From: Lysobacterales bacterium | GTDB taxonomy: Bacteria > Pseudomonadota > Gammaproteobacteria > Xanthomonadales > SZUA-36 | Assembly: GCA_013001885.1 (NCBI GenBank) | Contig: JABDLD010000033.1 | Location: 709-64,708, forward strand | Reading direction: 5' to 3' | Length of the DNA: 64,000 nt | Part shown: positions 41,782-50,310 of the stretch, piece after piece | Layout of the letters: each line of letters begins with the position of its first letter | Position numbering within the stretch: the stretch's first letter is position 1 | Notes under the pieces: generated by a model | Seen by the model: the letters and a program-made list of their open reading frames with translations, nothing else | What the model was told of the DNA's origin: nothing | Database searches by the model: none | Translations under genes and position numbers: made by a program

Positions 41782-41823
41782 GTCGTACTTGGCTTCAGGG
41801 TTGGAACAGAGGAATCAGAGATC

Positions 41824-42276
41824 ATGGATCTGGACAGAATGAACATCATAATATCGCAACGTGGTTCAAATCCGCGCAGAACGTCCGACGGCTTCACTCT
41901 TGTCGAGTTGTTGCTGGTGCTGGTCATTCTCGCCCTGATCGGCGGGCTGGTTCTGCCCGGCATCATCGGTAAAGCCGAAGGCGCAAAGGTCAAGGCAGCC
42001 GGATCACAGATCAACCGCCTGGCGATGGCGGTCGAAAGTTTTTACCTCGACACCGGGAGCACTCCGGACAGCCTCGACGCGCTGGTCAGTGAGTCCGGCG
42101 GTGTCGAGGGGTGGAACGGCCCTTACGTCAAAGGATCGAGCCTGAAGGACCCCTGGGGCAGAGAATATGTCTATGAATACCCGGGTGAGCACGGTGATTT
42201 TGATATCTATTCACTGGGGGCCGACGGTCAACCGGGCGGTGAAGGCAAAAACGCGGACATCAACAGCTGGGACTGA
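41824..42276 (+). CDS. gspG: Major pseudopilin GspG
   Basis: Prepilin site G|FTLVELLLVL (Glu+5). GspG hallmark segments are present (GWNGPYVK, DPWGREYVY, SLGADGQPGGEG). Confidence 0.9.
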   Translation: MDLDRMNIIISQRGSNPRRTSDGFTLVELLLVLVILALIGGLVLPGIIGKAEGAKVKAAGSQINRLAMAVESFYLDTGSTPDSLDALVSESGGVEGWNGPYVKGSSLKDPWGREYVYEYPGEHGDFDIYSLGADGQPGGEGKNADINSWD

Positions 42277-42282
42277 TTTCAG

Positions 42283-42768
42283 TTGAGCGGCCACGGTAAA
42301 GGACGGCCTCTGGGAAAATGCGACGGGGCCGCAACCGGTTTCACACTGGTCGAAATGCTGGTCGTGCTGGTCATCGTCTCGCTGATGCTGGCGCTGGTGG
42401 GAACTTCGATTTCCCGCAACATCAGCGGAGCCGAAATGCGCACGGCGGCCAGCAAGATTGCCTCTTCATTGCGCTACACCCGAACCCAGGCGATCTTGAC
42501 CAAGTCAGAACAGGTTTTCGTGGTGGATACCGAGGCGCTCACTTACCAGGCCGGAAGCAGAAAAGCTGAAAAACTGCCTAAAGACATGAAAGTCGAATTG
42601 AATACCGCCCGTTCTGAGTTGACCTCGGAAACGGCCGGCGGTATCCGCTTCTACCCGGATGGAGGATCGACCGGCGGTAATGTCCGTCTTGAAGCCAATG
42701 GCCGTATCTACCTGGTCAACGTGGCCTGGTTGACGGGTGAAGCGTCCGTCGAGCGGCCCGAAGACTGA
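42283..42768 (+). CDS. gspH: Minor pseudopilin GspH
   Basis: TTG start and prepilin site G|FTLVEMLVVL. Size and gene order support the call. Confidence 0.75.
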   Translation: MSGHGKGRPLGKCDGAATGFTLVEMLVVLVIVSLMLALVGTSISRNISGAEMRTAASKIASSLRYTRTQAILTKSEQVFVVDTEALTYQAGSRKAEKLPKDMKVELNTARSELTSETAGGIRFYPDGGSTGGNVRLEANGRIYLVNVAWLTGEASVERPED

Positions 42769-42772
42769 ACTC

Positions 42773-43222
42773 ATGATCAAGCGAATTTCATCAAAGGCAC
42801 CCCCACGCGGAAATGGCGGCTTTACGCTGCTGGAACTGCTGCTGGCCTTCGTCGTATTCGCGCTGAGCTTTGCAACCGTGCTTGAAATCCTTTCCGGCTC
42901 AATGCGTAACACGGTCCGCGCGAGGCATTATTCCGAGGCGGCCCTGACTGCACAGTCACTGATGGACCAAGTGGGCCTGGAAATTCCGCTGGAAGCTGGG
43001 TTTGCTGCCAATGGGGAAAGCGGAGAATACGAATGGGAGATCCAGGTTTACGAATACTCCAGCACCGGCGAGAATCCCTATAGCGTGGAGTTGTCAGAGC
43101 TCACTGGCATTTTGCTGCTGCAGGTCGACCTGGCGATTTCATGGGGCGAACGCCCGCGCGAACAGACCCGTTATTTCAGCACCGTAAAAGCGATTTTGGC
43201 CAGCACGGTGCAGCAGCCATGA
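42773..43222 (+). CDS. gspI: Minor pseudopilin GspI
   Basis: ATG at 42773 and prepilin site GG|FTLLELLL. Size and order support the call. Confidence 0.75.
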   Translation: MIKRISSKAPPRGNGGFTLLELLLAFVVFALSFATVLEILSGSMRNTVRARHYSEAALTAQSLMDQVGLEIPLEAGFAANGESGEYEWEIQVYEYSSTGENPYSVELSELTGILLLQVDLAISWGERPREQTRYFSTVKAILASTVQQP

Positions 43223-43926
43223 AGCTCGGACGAGGCTTTACACTGGTAGAATTGCTGCTGGCACTGGGCTTGATGAGCATGCTGCTGGCGCTGGCTTACG
43301 GCGGGTTGCGGGCATCCACCCGGGCCGCAGATAAAGGCCAGGCCATTCTGGAAGACAGCAGCCGGATCAGGATGGCGCATCAATTCGTCAGGAAACAGCT
43401 GAACCAGATGATTCCGATCGCGTATCTCGAAGACCCTGACACCGGGGAGCGGGTTGTATTCGAGGGTTCTTCCAAGATTATCCGGTTTGTCGCCCCGATG
43501 CCCGGATACCTCGGTTTTGGCGGGCCCCAGGTGCAGGAGTTGGCGGTGGTTCCCGGTGACGAAGGCGAGATGCTGGTTCTTTCGCATGCGCTTTTGCAGG
43601 GTTTCGAGGAACAGAACCTATACTTCCGCGACCCGATTGTGCTGCTGGAAAAGGTCGGTAACGCAGAGTTCAGTTTCCTGGGCCGGGATGAAACCGGGGA
43701 ACTCACCGGCTGGACCAACCAGTGGGATCTGCCGGATGTCCTGCCGGAATCCGTATCTCTGGATGTCGAATTTGCAGATGAAGTTTACATTCAATGGCCG
43801 TTGTTGACGGCCTCGGTCCGCGTTGACCCGGCAGCTCTGCAGGGACTGGAGTCCAACATGGGAATCCGCGAGGACTACAGCACCACCATTCGTGACATGA
43901 TCAATAAACGGAGGCAGCAAAATTGA
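43219..43926 (+). CDS. gspJ: Minor pseudopilin GspJ
   Basis: ATGA overlap with gspI. The sequence begins MKLGRG|FTLVELLL. Confidence 0.75.
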   Translation: MKLGRGFTLVELLLALGLMSMLLALAYGGLRASTRAADKGQAILEDSSRIRMAHQFVRKQLNQMIPIAYLEDPDTGERVVFEGSSKIIRFVAPMPGYLGFGGPQVQELAVVPGDEGEMLVLSHALLQGFEEQNLYFRDPIVLLEKVGNAEFSFLGRDETGELTGWTNQWDLPDVLPESVSLDVEFADEVYIQWPLLTASVRVDPAALQGLESNMGIREDYSTTIRDMINKRRQQN

Positions 43927-44843
43927 AAGCCTCTCGATTAGCTGCTTTTTCCTTGAGTCCTCCCGGGCACCAGCGGGGTATCGCGCTGGTCATCGTTCTC
44001 TGGATATTGCTGCTGGTCACCATTTCAACCGGCGCCTACACCCTGATGGCGCGGATGGATCAGCTCGAGGCGCACACGGTCATCTCCAGCACGCGGGCGA
44101 GAATGGCTGCCGAATCCGGAATAAACCTTGCAGTGTTGTCGCTGCGGGATCCGGATGAACTCAACCGGCTGATTCCGGACGGCCGCCCCTACGCGTTCCA
44201 GGTCCAGGATATCTTCGTCGAAATTGAAGTAACGGACGAACGCGGCAAAGTAGACATCAACTCCGTCAACGAGCAGACCTTGTTGCAGTTGCTTCAAGGC
44301 CATGGGCTGCAGGCGGGCGACGCCGAGTACCTCGCTGCCGCCATTCTGGACTGGGTCGACGTGGACGAGATCGAGCGGGCCAGTGGTGCGGAGCTGCCTG
44401 CATACGAGTCGGCAGGTCTGGGCGTGGGTCCCGCCAACCGTCCGTTTGTCATGATTGAAGAGCTGCTGCAGGTGTTGGGAATGCCGTGGGATCTGTTCAA
44501 GAAAATGGAACCGGGATTGACCGTATTTTCCAAGTTAGGTGTGCCCGATGCCGCCTACGCGCCGCTGGAGGCGCTGCTGGCGATACCGGACATGACCGAG
44601 GAAGATGCGTTGAACTTCATTGCAGAACGGCAATCTGAGGATGCGTCAGGCGGGATGGGCGCAACGCTTCCAAACGGGCAGGTTGCCGTGGCGCGAGGCC
44701 GGGGGCTGACGTATAGTGTGCTCGCCAAAGCGACGCTGCCCAACGGGATCTGGGACCAGGTGGAAGCCACGATACGTTTAGGCGGAGGCGGGGACGGCCG
44801 GCCGTACACCGTATTGAAGTGGCAGGAAGGATTTCATAATTGA
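43923..44843 (+). CDS. gspK: Minor pseudopilin GspK
   Basis: The QRG|IALVIVLWIL N-terminus lacks Glu+5, as in GspK. About 300 aa, in the expected order. Confidence 0.75.
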   Translation: MKASRLAAFSLSPPGHQRGIALVIVLWILLLVTISTGAYTLMARMDQLEAHTVISSTRARMAAESGINLAVLSLRDPDELNRLIPDGRPYAFQVQDIFVEIEVTDERGKVDINSVNEQTLLQLLQGHGLQAGDAEYLAAAILDWVDVDEIERASGAELPAYESAGLGVGPANRPFVMIEELLQVLGMPWDLFKKMEPGLTVFSKLGVPDAAYAPLEALLAIPDMTEEDALNFIAERQSEDASGGMGATLPNGQVAVARGRGLTYSVLAKATLPNGIWDQVEATIRLGGGGDGRPYTVLKWQEGFHN

Positions 44844-44850
44844 GAACACC

Positions 44851-45969
44851 ATGCTGAAAGTTTTAGAGGATAAATTGCTGCAACTTCTCAGCTGGCTGCG
44901 GGCCGGGCCGGCCGGTAAGTTTCTGCGCTGGTGGACAGGGGAACTCCGGCAGGCGATGCCCTCTTCCTGGCAGCAAAAATTACAGCATGCGCTGCGCCGC
45001 ACGACCCTGAAGGTCAAAGATGAGTCGTTGCTCGTCGGTGTGGACGAGAACCGGGCGTTGCGAAACCTCGAAGTGTTTTCCATGGCCCAGGCGGCTTCCG
45101 TGCAGAAGCAACAGGTCGAGGACCTGTTGCTCAACAACGAACTGCAGGAGGCGCCCCGGGTTCTCCTGCTGGATTTGGAGACTGTCCTCAACCGGGAGAT
45201 GAAGCTGCCGCTGGCGGCTGAATCCAACCTGGCGCAGGTTCTGACTTTCGAGATGGACCGCCAGACCCCGTTCAGGGCATCCGATGTTTACTTCGACTGG
45301 AAAATCACCGGACGCGATACTGAAAGCAATCAACTTCACCTGCACCTGTATGTGATCCCGCGCACGGAAGCTGACCGGATTATGAGTTCAGTCACGGATC
45401 GCGGGTTCAACCTGACAGGTGTCGACATCGTCGACGGCGACCGGACTCTGGGGCTCAACCTCCTGCCCGCCGAGCGGCGGTTCCGGATGGTTAACAGGAA
45501 GGCCAGGATGAACCTTGCACTCGGCGCGGCCTGTGTCGTCTTGCTGGTGCTGGTGATGGCGCAATCACTGTATCTGCGCGCCCATCAGGTTACGGAACTC
45601 GAGGCCGCGATAACCGACGTCCAGGGCCAGGCGCGTGAAGTCATGGAGATCAAGCAACAGATCGATGAAACCAGCGAGGCGGCTGGATTTCTCGCCACCC
45701 GGCGCGCCGAGGTGCCGTTGGCTATCGAGGTCCTCGCGGACATCACGGAAATTCTGCCGGATGATACTTATCTCGACCGGCTGGTGATCACCAACTCGTC
45801 CGTTCAGCTGCAGGGCAAGTCACAAAATGCACAGCGCTTAATTGAACTGGTGAACGAATCTGCTTTACTGGACGATGCAGCATTCAGAGGCTCAACCCGC
45901 CTGGATGCCCGCAGCGGGCTGGAAATATTTGAAGTTAACGCCACGATTGTGAAGGCAGGCACGAACTGA
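44851..45969 (+). CDS. gspL: Type II secretion assembly protein GspL (PilN-like periplasmic part)
   Basis: 372 aa with a single central TM (LALGAACVVLLVLVMA). Positioned between gspK and gspM. Confidence 0.6.
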   Translation: MLKVLEDKLLQLLSWLRAGPAGKFLRWWTGELRQAMPSSWQQKLQHALRRTTLKVKDESLLVGVDENRALRNLEVFSMAQAASVQKQQVEDLLLNNELQEAPRVLLLDLETVLNREMKLPLAAESNLAQVLTFEMDRQTPFRASDVYFDWKITGRDTESNQLHLHLYVIPRTEADRIMSSVTDRGFNLTGVDIVDGDRTLGLNLLPAERRFRMVNRKARMNLALGAACVVLLVLVMAQSLYLRAHQVTELEAAITDVQGQAREVMEIKQQIDETSEAAGFLATRRAEVPLAIEVLADITEILPDDTYLDRLVITNSSVQLQGKSQNAQRLIELVNESALLDDAAFRGSTRLDARSGLEIFEVNATIVKAGTN

Positions 45970-46568
45970 TGGCGCTGATTGCAGAACAGGGAAATAATCG
46001 CCTGACAGCAATTTTGCTGTTCGTCATCGCCGTTATTTTTGTGTATCTCGTGTGCTTTCACTGGTTCATCCTGCGGCATGTGGAGTATTCCGCCGAAATT
46101 TCGGAATTGTCCACTCAACTGGGCCGGTACGAGAGAGTCGCCGCACAGAAAACACAGTACGAATCATTGCTGCAGAGTCTCGATGACCGAAAATCTGATC
46201 AGAACCTGTTTCTCGAGGGCGGCGATTTTAATGAGGCCGCGGCGGAGATGTCGGAACGCCTCAGTGTAATGGTCAACACCCAGGCAGACGACACCTGTCA
46301 GATTGTCAGCCGGCAGCCGGTGCGCCCGCGCGTGCAGGAACGATTCCAAAAGGTGACCGTCAACGTGCGTATGCGCTGTGAAATTGATGATTTGCAGAAG
46401 GTGCTGTACTCGCTTGAATCCGGCGTGCCGATGGTGATCGCTGATGAGGTCACCGTGATCAAACCAAGAACGCGGCGGCGCACGAGGAACGCCAACCCGC
46501 GTGCGACGTCCGCTCTTGATGTCCGCTTCAATATGTCCGGATATCTGAGCGCGGGAAGTGATTCGTGA
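45969..46568 (+). CDS. gspM: Type II secretion protein GspM
   Basis: ATGA overlap with gspL. N-terminal TM followed by a periplasmic ferredoxin-like-sized domain; assigned by order. Confidence 0.6.
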   Translation: MALIAEQGNNRLTAILLFVIAVIFVYLVCFHWFILRHVEYSAEISELSTQLGRYERVAAQKTQYESLLQSLDDRKSDQNLFLEGGDFNEAAAEMSERLSVMVNTQADDTCQIVSRQPVRPRVQERFQKVTVNVRMRCEIDDLQKVLYSLESGVPMVIADEVTVIKPRTRRRTRNANPRATSALDVRFNMSGYLSAGSDS

Positions 46569-47353
46569 GCCGCTGGTTTGAAGGCAATCCCCTGGCCATG
46601 GTCCTTGCTTCCGCCTGCGGTTTTCTGCTGTTGATTGCGGTTGTGCTTGGCGTGTTACGGTCTTTGCCGCCCTCAACGCCGGGCACGGGCGGGGACGGCC
46701 AGTCCGCCGATCTGGTGCTGGAAGTGCCCCAGCTGGGAGAAGCTGAACCCCTCGACAGGTACGCGGTCATAACGGAACGCCCGGTGTTCAATGAAGGCCG
46801 CCAGCCGCAACTCGAGGGTCTGGATGAAGGCGAGGGCGAGGGCGACGAACTGGCCGAAGAAGAGGTCGATGCGCCTGAGCTGGAACTGGCCGGCGTGGTT
46901 ATTACGCCTTCGATCCGCATGGTGACGCTCAAGAGCAAGGACAGTTCCGAGTCACTGGTCGCTTTTGAGGGCAAACCGCTCGAGGGAAATTACGGCACCT
47001 GGCAGGTGAGCCGGATCGAACCGAGGCAAATCACGTTATCATCAGGTGCGGGCGAGGAGAAACTGCTGAAGCTCCAGGTGCATGACGCCAAAATCGCAGA
47101 GCCACCCAAAATGGAGGTGGCGAAAGATGATGAAGCGGAACAGTCGGCCGATGCCGGTGACGCCCAAAGCGACCAGCCTCTCTCCCGTGCGGAAGAAATC
47201 CGCCAGCGCATTGCGGAACGCAGAGAGGAACTCAGGCGCGCTGCGGAAGAAAAGCAGGACGGCGAAGAGAAGCCGCAGGATTACCGGTCAGCGATACAGT
47301 CGATGATAAAGTCGTCGCGCCAAAAAGAACAAACAGATGAAAACGATTCGTAA
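46565..47353 (+). CDS. GspC/XpsN-like secretin-interacting protein
   Basis: GTG start overlaps the gspM stop. N-terminal TM, acidic low-complexity stretch, then an HR-like segment (LELAGVVITPSIRMVTLKSKDSSESLVAFEGKPL...WQVSRIEPRQITL). It sits immediately before the secretin, as xpsN does. Confidence 0.5.
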   Translation: MSRWFEGNPLAMVLASACGFLLLIAVVLGVLRSLPPSTPGTGGDGQSADLVLEVPQLGEAEPLDRYAVITERPVFNEGRQPQLEGLDEGEGEGDELAEEEVDAPELELAGVVITPSIRMVTLKSKDSSESLVAFEGKPLEGNYGTWQVSRIEPRQITLSSGAGEEKLLKLQVHDAKIAEPPKMEVAKDDEAEQSADAGDAQSDQPLSRAEEIRQRIAERREELRRAAEEKQDGEEKPQDYRSAIQSMIKSSRQKEQTDENDS

Positions 47354-49658
47354 AAGGATATCGGGCATGAGATCGATTAATCAGTTTGCACGGAACAGGA
47401 GATACTCCCCGTCGCGATGGCCGGCACACCCTCCTTCAAAGTGGGCCAGGCGGCTGGCATTGATCGTGGCGACCGTGTTTGTCGTTGCTGCGTGCTCGAC
47501 GACCACGCGTGCTCCGATGAGGCCGATGAGCACCGGTAAAACGATCAAATCCGCCGCGAGCAACGTGCCGGAGCAGCGGCCGATTACGACCGCTCCGCAG
47601 ACCGTGGATCCGGGCGTGACCGATATTGAAATTTATCAGGGCACCGGCGAATTCATCAACCAGGAGGCTGCGCGCCGGGCGCCGGAGGTGGTCGCAGAGG
47701 ACGGTGAAATCGTGCTCAATTTCGAGGGCGAATCAATCCAGTCCGTGGTTCACACGATCCTCGGTGAAGTGCTGCAGGAGACTTTCGTCATTGGGCCGGG
47801 TGTGAGTGGTGAAGTGACTTTTTCGACCTCCAAGCCGATCAACCGCGACCAGTTGATGCCGATCCTGGAATTGCTGCTGCGCTGGAATGGCGCGACGATG
47901 GTGTTCAACGAGGGCCGTTACAACATCCTGCCCGTTTCGGACGCCATCCGCGGAAACCTCTTTCCGGAAGTCGGTGCGGCTGACCAGGCGCGGGGCTACT
48001 CGGTACGGGCCGTGCCGTTGCGTTACATATCGGCGCCTGAAATGGCAAAAATACTGGAGCCCTATGTCAGGGACGGTGGAATTATCAACTCGGATGAATT
48101 CCGGCAGATGATTTTCCTGGCCGGCACGCCGGAAGAATTGAGGAATTACCTCAAGACCGTGGCGATCTTCGACGTCGACTGGCTGGAAGGGATGTCGGTT
48201 GGCATTTATCCGTTGCAAACGGTAGACGTCGATTCAATCATCCTGGAGCTTGAGGGCATTTTCGGCTCGAACGCGGAATCGCCGCTGGCCGGGATGTTCC
48301 GTTTTGTGCCGCTGGAGCGCCTCGCCTCGGTGATGGTGATCACGTTTGAGCAGTCCTACCTTTACAAGGCGGAGGAGTGGATCAAAATTCTTGACCGCGG
48401 AGCAGCCGGTGCGGGAACCCAGTTATATGTTTACCGGGTCAAAAACCTCGAGGCCCCCATTCTGGCCGGGTATCTGACCCAGCTATTTGGTGGCGAAGGT
48501 GGGCAGCCCACGCAAAATACGCCCAGGGGCACGTTGGCGCCGGGGCTGGAGCCCGCGACCGTGGGCAGCGTTTCGGACTTCAATCAAAACCGCCTGGGCT
48601 CGCAGCAGCAACAAAACCGGCAGTCAGGCGTCCAGTCGGGAGCGCTGGACATGGGGTCCGGTGACATCCGCATCACTTCGGTACTCGAGACCAACTCGTT
48701 GCTCATCCAGTCCACCCAGGCCGAATACAACGCGGTGCTTGCCGCCATCGAACGCATAGACATCGAGCCGTTGCAGGTGCTGATCGAGTCGCAGGTGCTC
48801 GATGTGGAGCTGAATGAAGAGCTTCAATTTGGTGTCAATTGGTTCCTGACAAACAATCCCGACCTGATTCCCTCAGGTATCGGAGACATCAGCGAATATG
48901 TTCAGAGTGCCGCTTTCGGTAGCGGCAGCGCCGAGTCCGGCGGGTTCAATTTGCTTACTACGCTGGCCACACCCCTGAGCAACGGCATGCCGTTTGTCCA
49001 GGCGACGATAGCCGCCCTGGACGAGGTAACCGATGTTCGAGCCCTGGCGGCACCGTCGCTGCTGGTCAGAAACAATGCCACGGCCACGATTACCGTCGGC
49101 ACGCAGGTTCCGGTGCAGTCGTCTTCAATCTCGACGGGGAACAATAACGTTGTCAGCAGTGCCCAGTACGTATCCACCGGCGTCACCCTGACAGTTACGC
49201 CGAGAATCAATCCGGGAGGACTGGTCTACATGGATATTACCCAGGACGTCAGCCGTCCAGGCGCCCGTGATCCGGACATATCGACCAGCGGCAACCCGCC
49301 TATCAACAACAAATCCGTCTCCAGCCAGGTGGCGGTGCAGTCCGGCCAGACCGTTTTCCTCGGCGGGCTCATTTCCGAACAGGATTCAAGAGGGCGTTCC
49401 GGAGTCCCGTTCCTGAGCCGGGTGCCGCTGATCGGGCCGCTGTTCGGATCCAAGACGAAGGCCACTTCGCGCAGCGAGACCCTGGTGATGATTACGCCCA
49501 CGGTGATCGAAACGGCTGTCGATTTGCAGGAAATCAGCGAGGACATGGAACGGGAGTTCTCCCGCATACCGCCGTTGAAGATCAGCAGCCTGAACCCGGT
49601 CGACCGCGAGTATCAAAAACAACAGAAAGATGAATCGGCCAACGAACCCGAAAATTAA
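47337..49658 (+). CDS. gspD: Type II secretion secretin GspD with N-terminal lipobox (liposecretin-like)
   Basis: N0 domain (IVLNFEGESIQSVVHTILGE), repeated N domains and a C-terminal secretin domain (GVPFLSRVPLIGPLFG...ETLVMITPTVI). The signal sequence ends VFVVAAC|STT (lipobox). The start may be 47337 or the ATG at 47367. Confidence 0.9.
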   Translation: MKTIRKRISGMRSINQFARNRRYSPSRWPAHPPSKWARRLALIVATVFVVAACSTTTRAPMRPMSTGKTIKSAASNVPEQRPITTAPQTVDPGVTDIEIYQGTGEFINQEAARRAPEVVAEDGEIVLNFEGESIQSVVHTILGEVLQETFVIGPGVSGEVTFSTSKPINRDQLMPILELLLRWNGATMVFNEGRYNILPVSDAIRGNLFPEVGAADQARGYSVRAVPLRYISAPEMAKILEPYVRDGGIINSDEFRQMIFLAGTPEELRNYLKTVAIFDVDWLEGMSVGIYPLQTVDVDSIILELEGIFGSNAESPLAGMFRFVPLERLASVMVITFEQSYLYKAEEWIKILDRGAAGAGTQLYVYRVKNLEAPILAGYLTQLFGGEGGQPTQNTPRGTLAPGLEPATVGSVSDFNQNRLGSQQQQNRQSGVQSGALDMGSGDIRITSVLETNSLLIQSTQAEYNAVLAAIERIDIEPLQVLIESQVLDVELNEELQFGVNWFLTNNPDLIPSGIGDISEYVQSAAFGSGSAESGGFNLLTTLATPLSNGMPFVQATIAALDEVTDVRALAAPSLLVRNNATATITVGTQVPVQSSSISTGNNNVVSSAQYVSTGVTLTVTPRINPGGLVYMDITQDVSRPGARDPDISTSGNPPINNKSVSSQVAVQSGQTVFLGGLISEQDSRGRSGVPFLSRVPLIGPLFGSKTKATSRSETLVMITPTVIETAVDLQEISEDMEREFSRIPPLKISSLNPVDREYQKQQKDESANEPEN

Positions 49659-49684
49659 ACCCGGCAGGACCTGTAGATAAAAGC

Positions 49685-50125
49685 ATGAAAATTTTTGAAA
49701 TAATCAAGGCGCGAAATCTGAAACACGCCGTAAGCTTCACGTTGCTGGCCTTGTTGTCACTGGTGCTCGGTGGTTGCGCAGGCACCAGTCCCGCCGGAGA
49801 CTCGCTGCTGGAGCGGGCGCAGCTGCGCTGGGACAGCATTCTCTCGCGGGATCTCGACACGGCCTACAGCCTTTACTCACCGGGTTACCGCTCAAAACAC
49901 TCGCGCGTAGACTTCGAGATCGAATTACGGACCAAACGCGTAAAATGGACCTCGGCCGAGTACATCGACCGGGAGTGCTCGGAAAACCGCTGCCTGGTCA
50001 ATTTCAACGTCGGATTTACCGTGCAGAGACCGGTACCGGGTCTCGATGAGTTCAAGAGTTCCAACCTCATCCAGGACACCTGGGTCAAAACCCGCGGAGA
50101 GTGGTGGTATGTGCCGCCAAAATAG
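49685..50125 (+). CDS. Small lipoprotein of unknown function
   Basis: Lipobox LVLGGC|AGT with a mature part of about 115 aa. Starts 26 nt after the gspD stop. Confidence 0.6.
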   Translation: MKIFEIIKARNLKHAVSFTLLALLSLVLGGCAGTSPAGDSLLERAQLRWDSILSRDLDTAYSLYSPGYRSKHSRVDFEIELRTKRVKWTSAEYIDRECSENRCLVNFNVGFTVQRPVPGLDEFKSSNLIQDTWVKTRGEWWYVPPK

Positions 50126-50170
50126 TGAAATCTGAATCCCGAAACTTGCCTGTATTTACATTGGGTTTTG

Positions 50171-50199
50171 TTGCTTTACCCCCCTTATTATCGTAATAT
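50171..50199 (+). promoter_or_regulatory. Candidate sigma70 promoter for the 548-aa secreted protein gene
   Basis: TTGCTT (50171-50176), a 17-nt spacer, then TAATAT (50194-50199). Lies about 110 nt upstream of the ATG at 50311, in a locally AT-richer intergenic region. Confidence 0.4.
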
Positions 50200-50310
50200 T
50201 GTGCCGCGAATAGTCTGAGTGTCGACGTGCGCGCCTGTGAAAATCAGACGGGTATCGGAGAGTTCAGTTTTTTTGCAAAGCCCTGTGTACACAACTTTAG
50301 GAGTGTTGTA

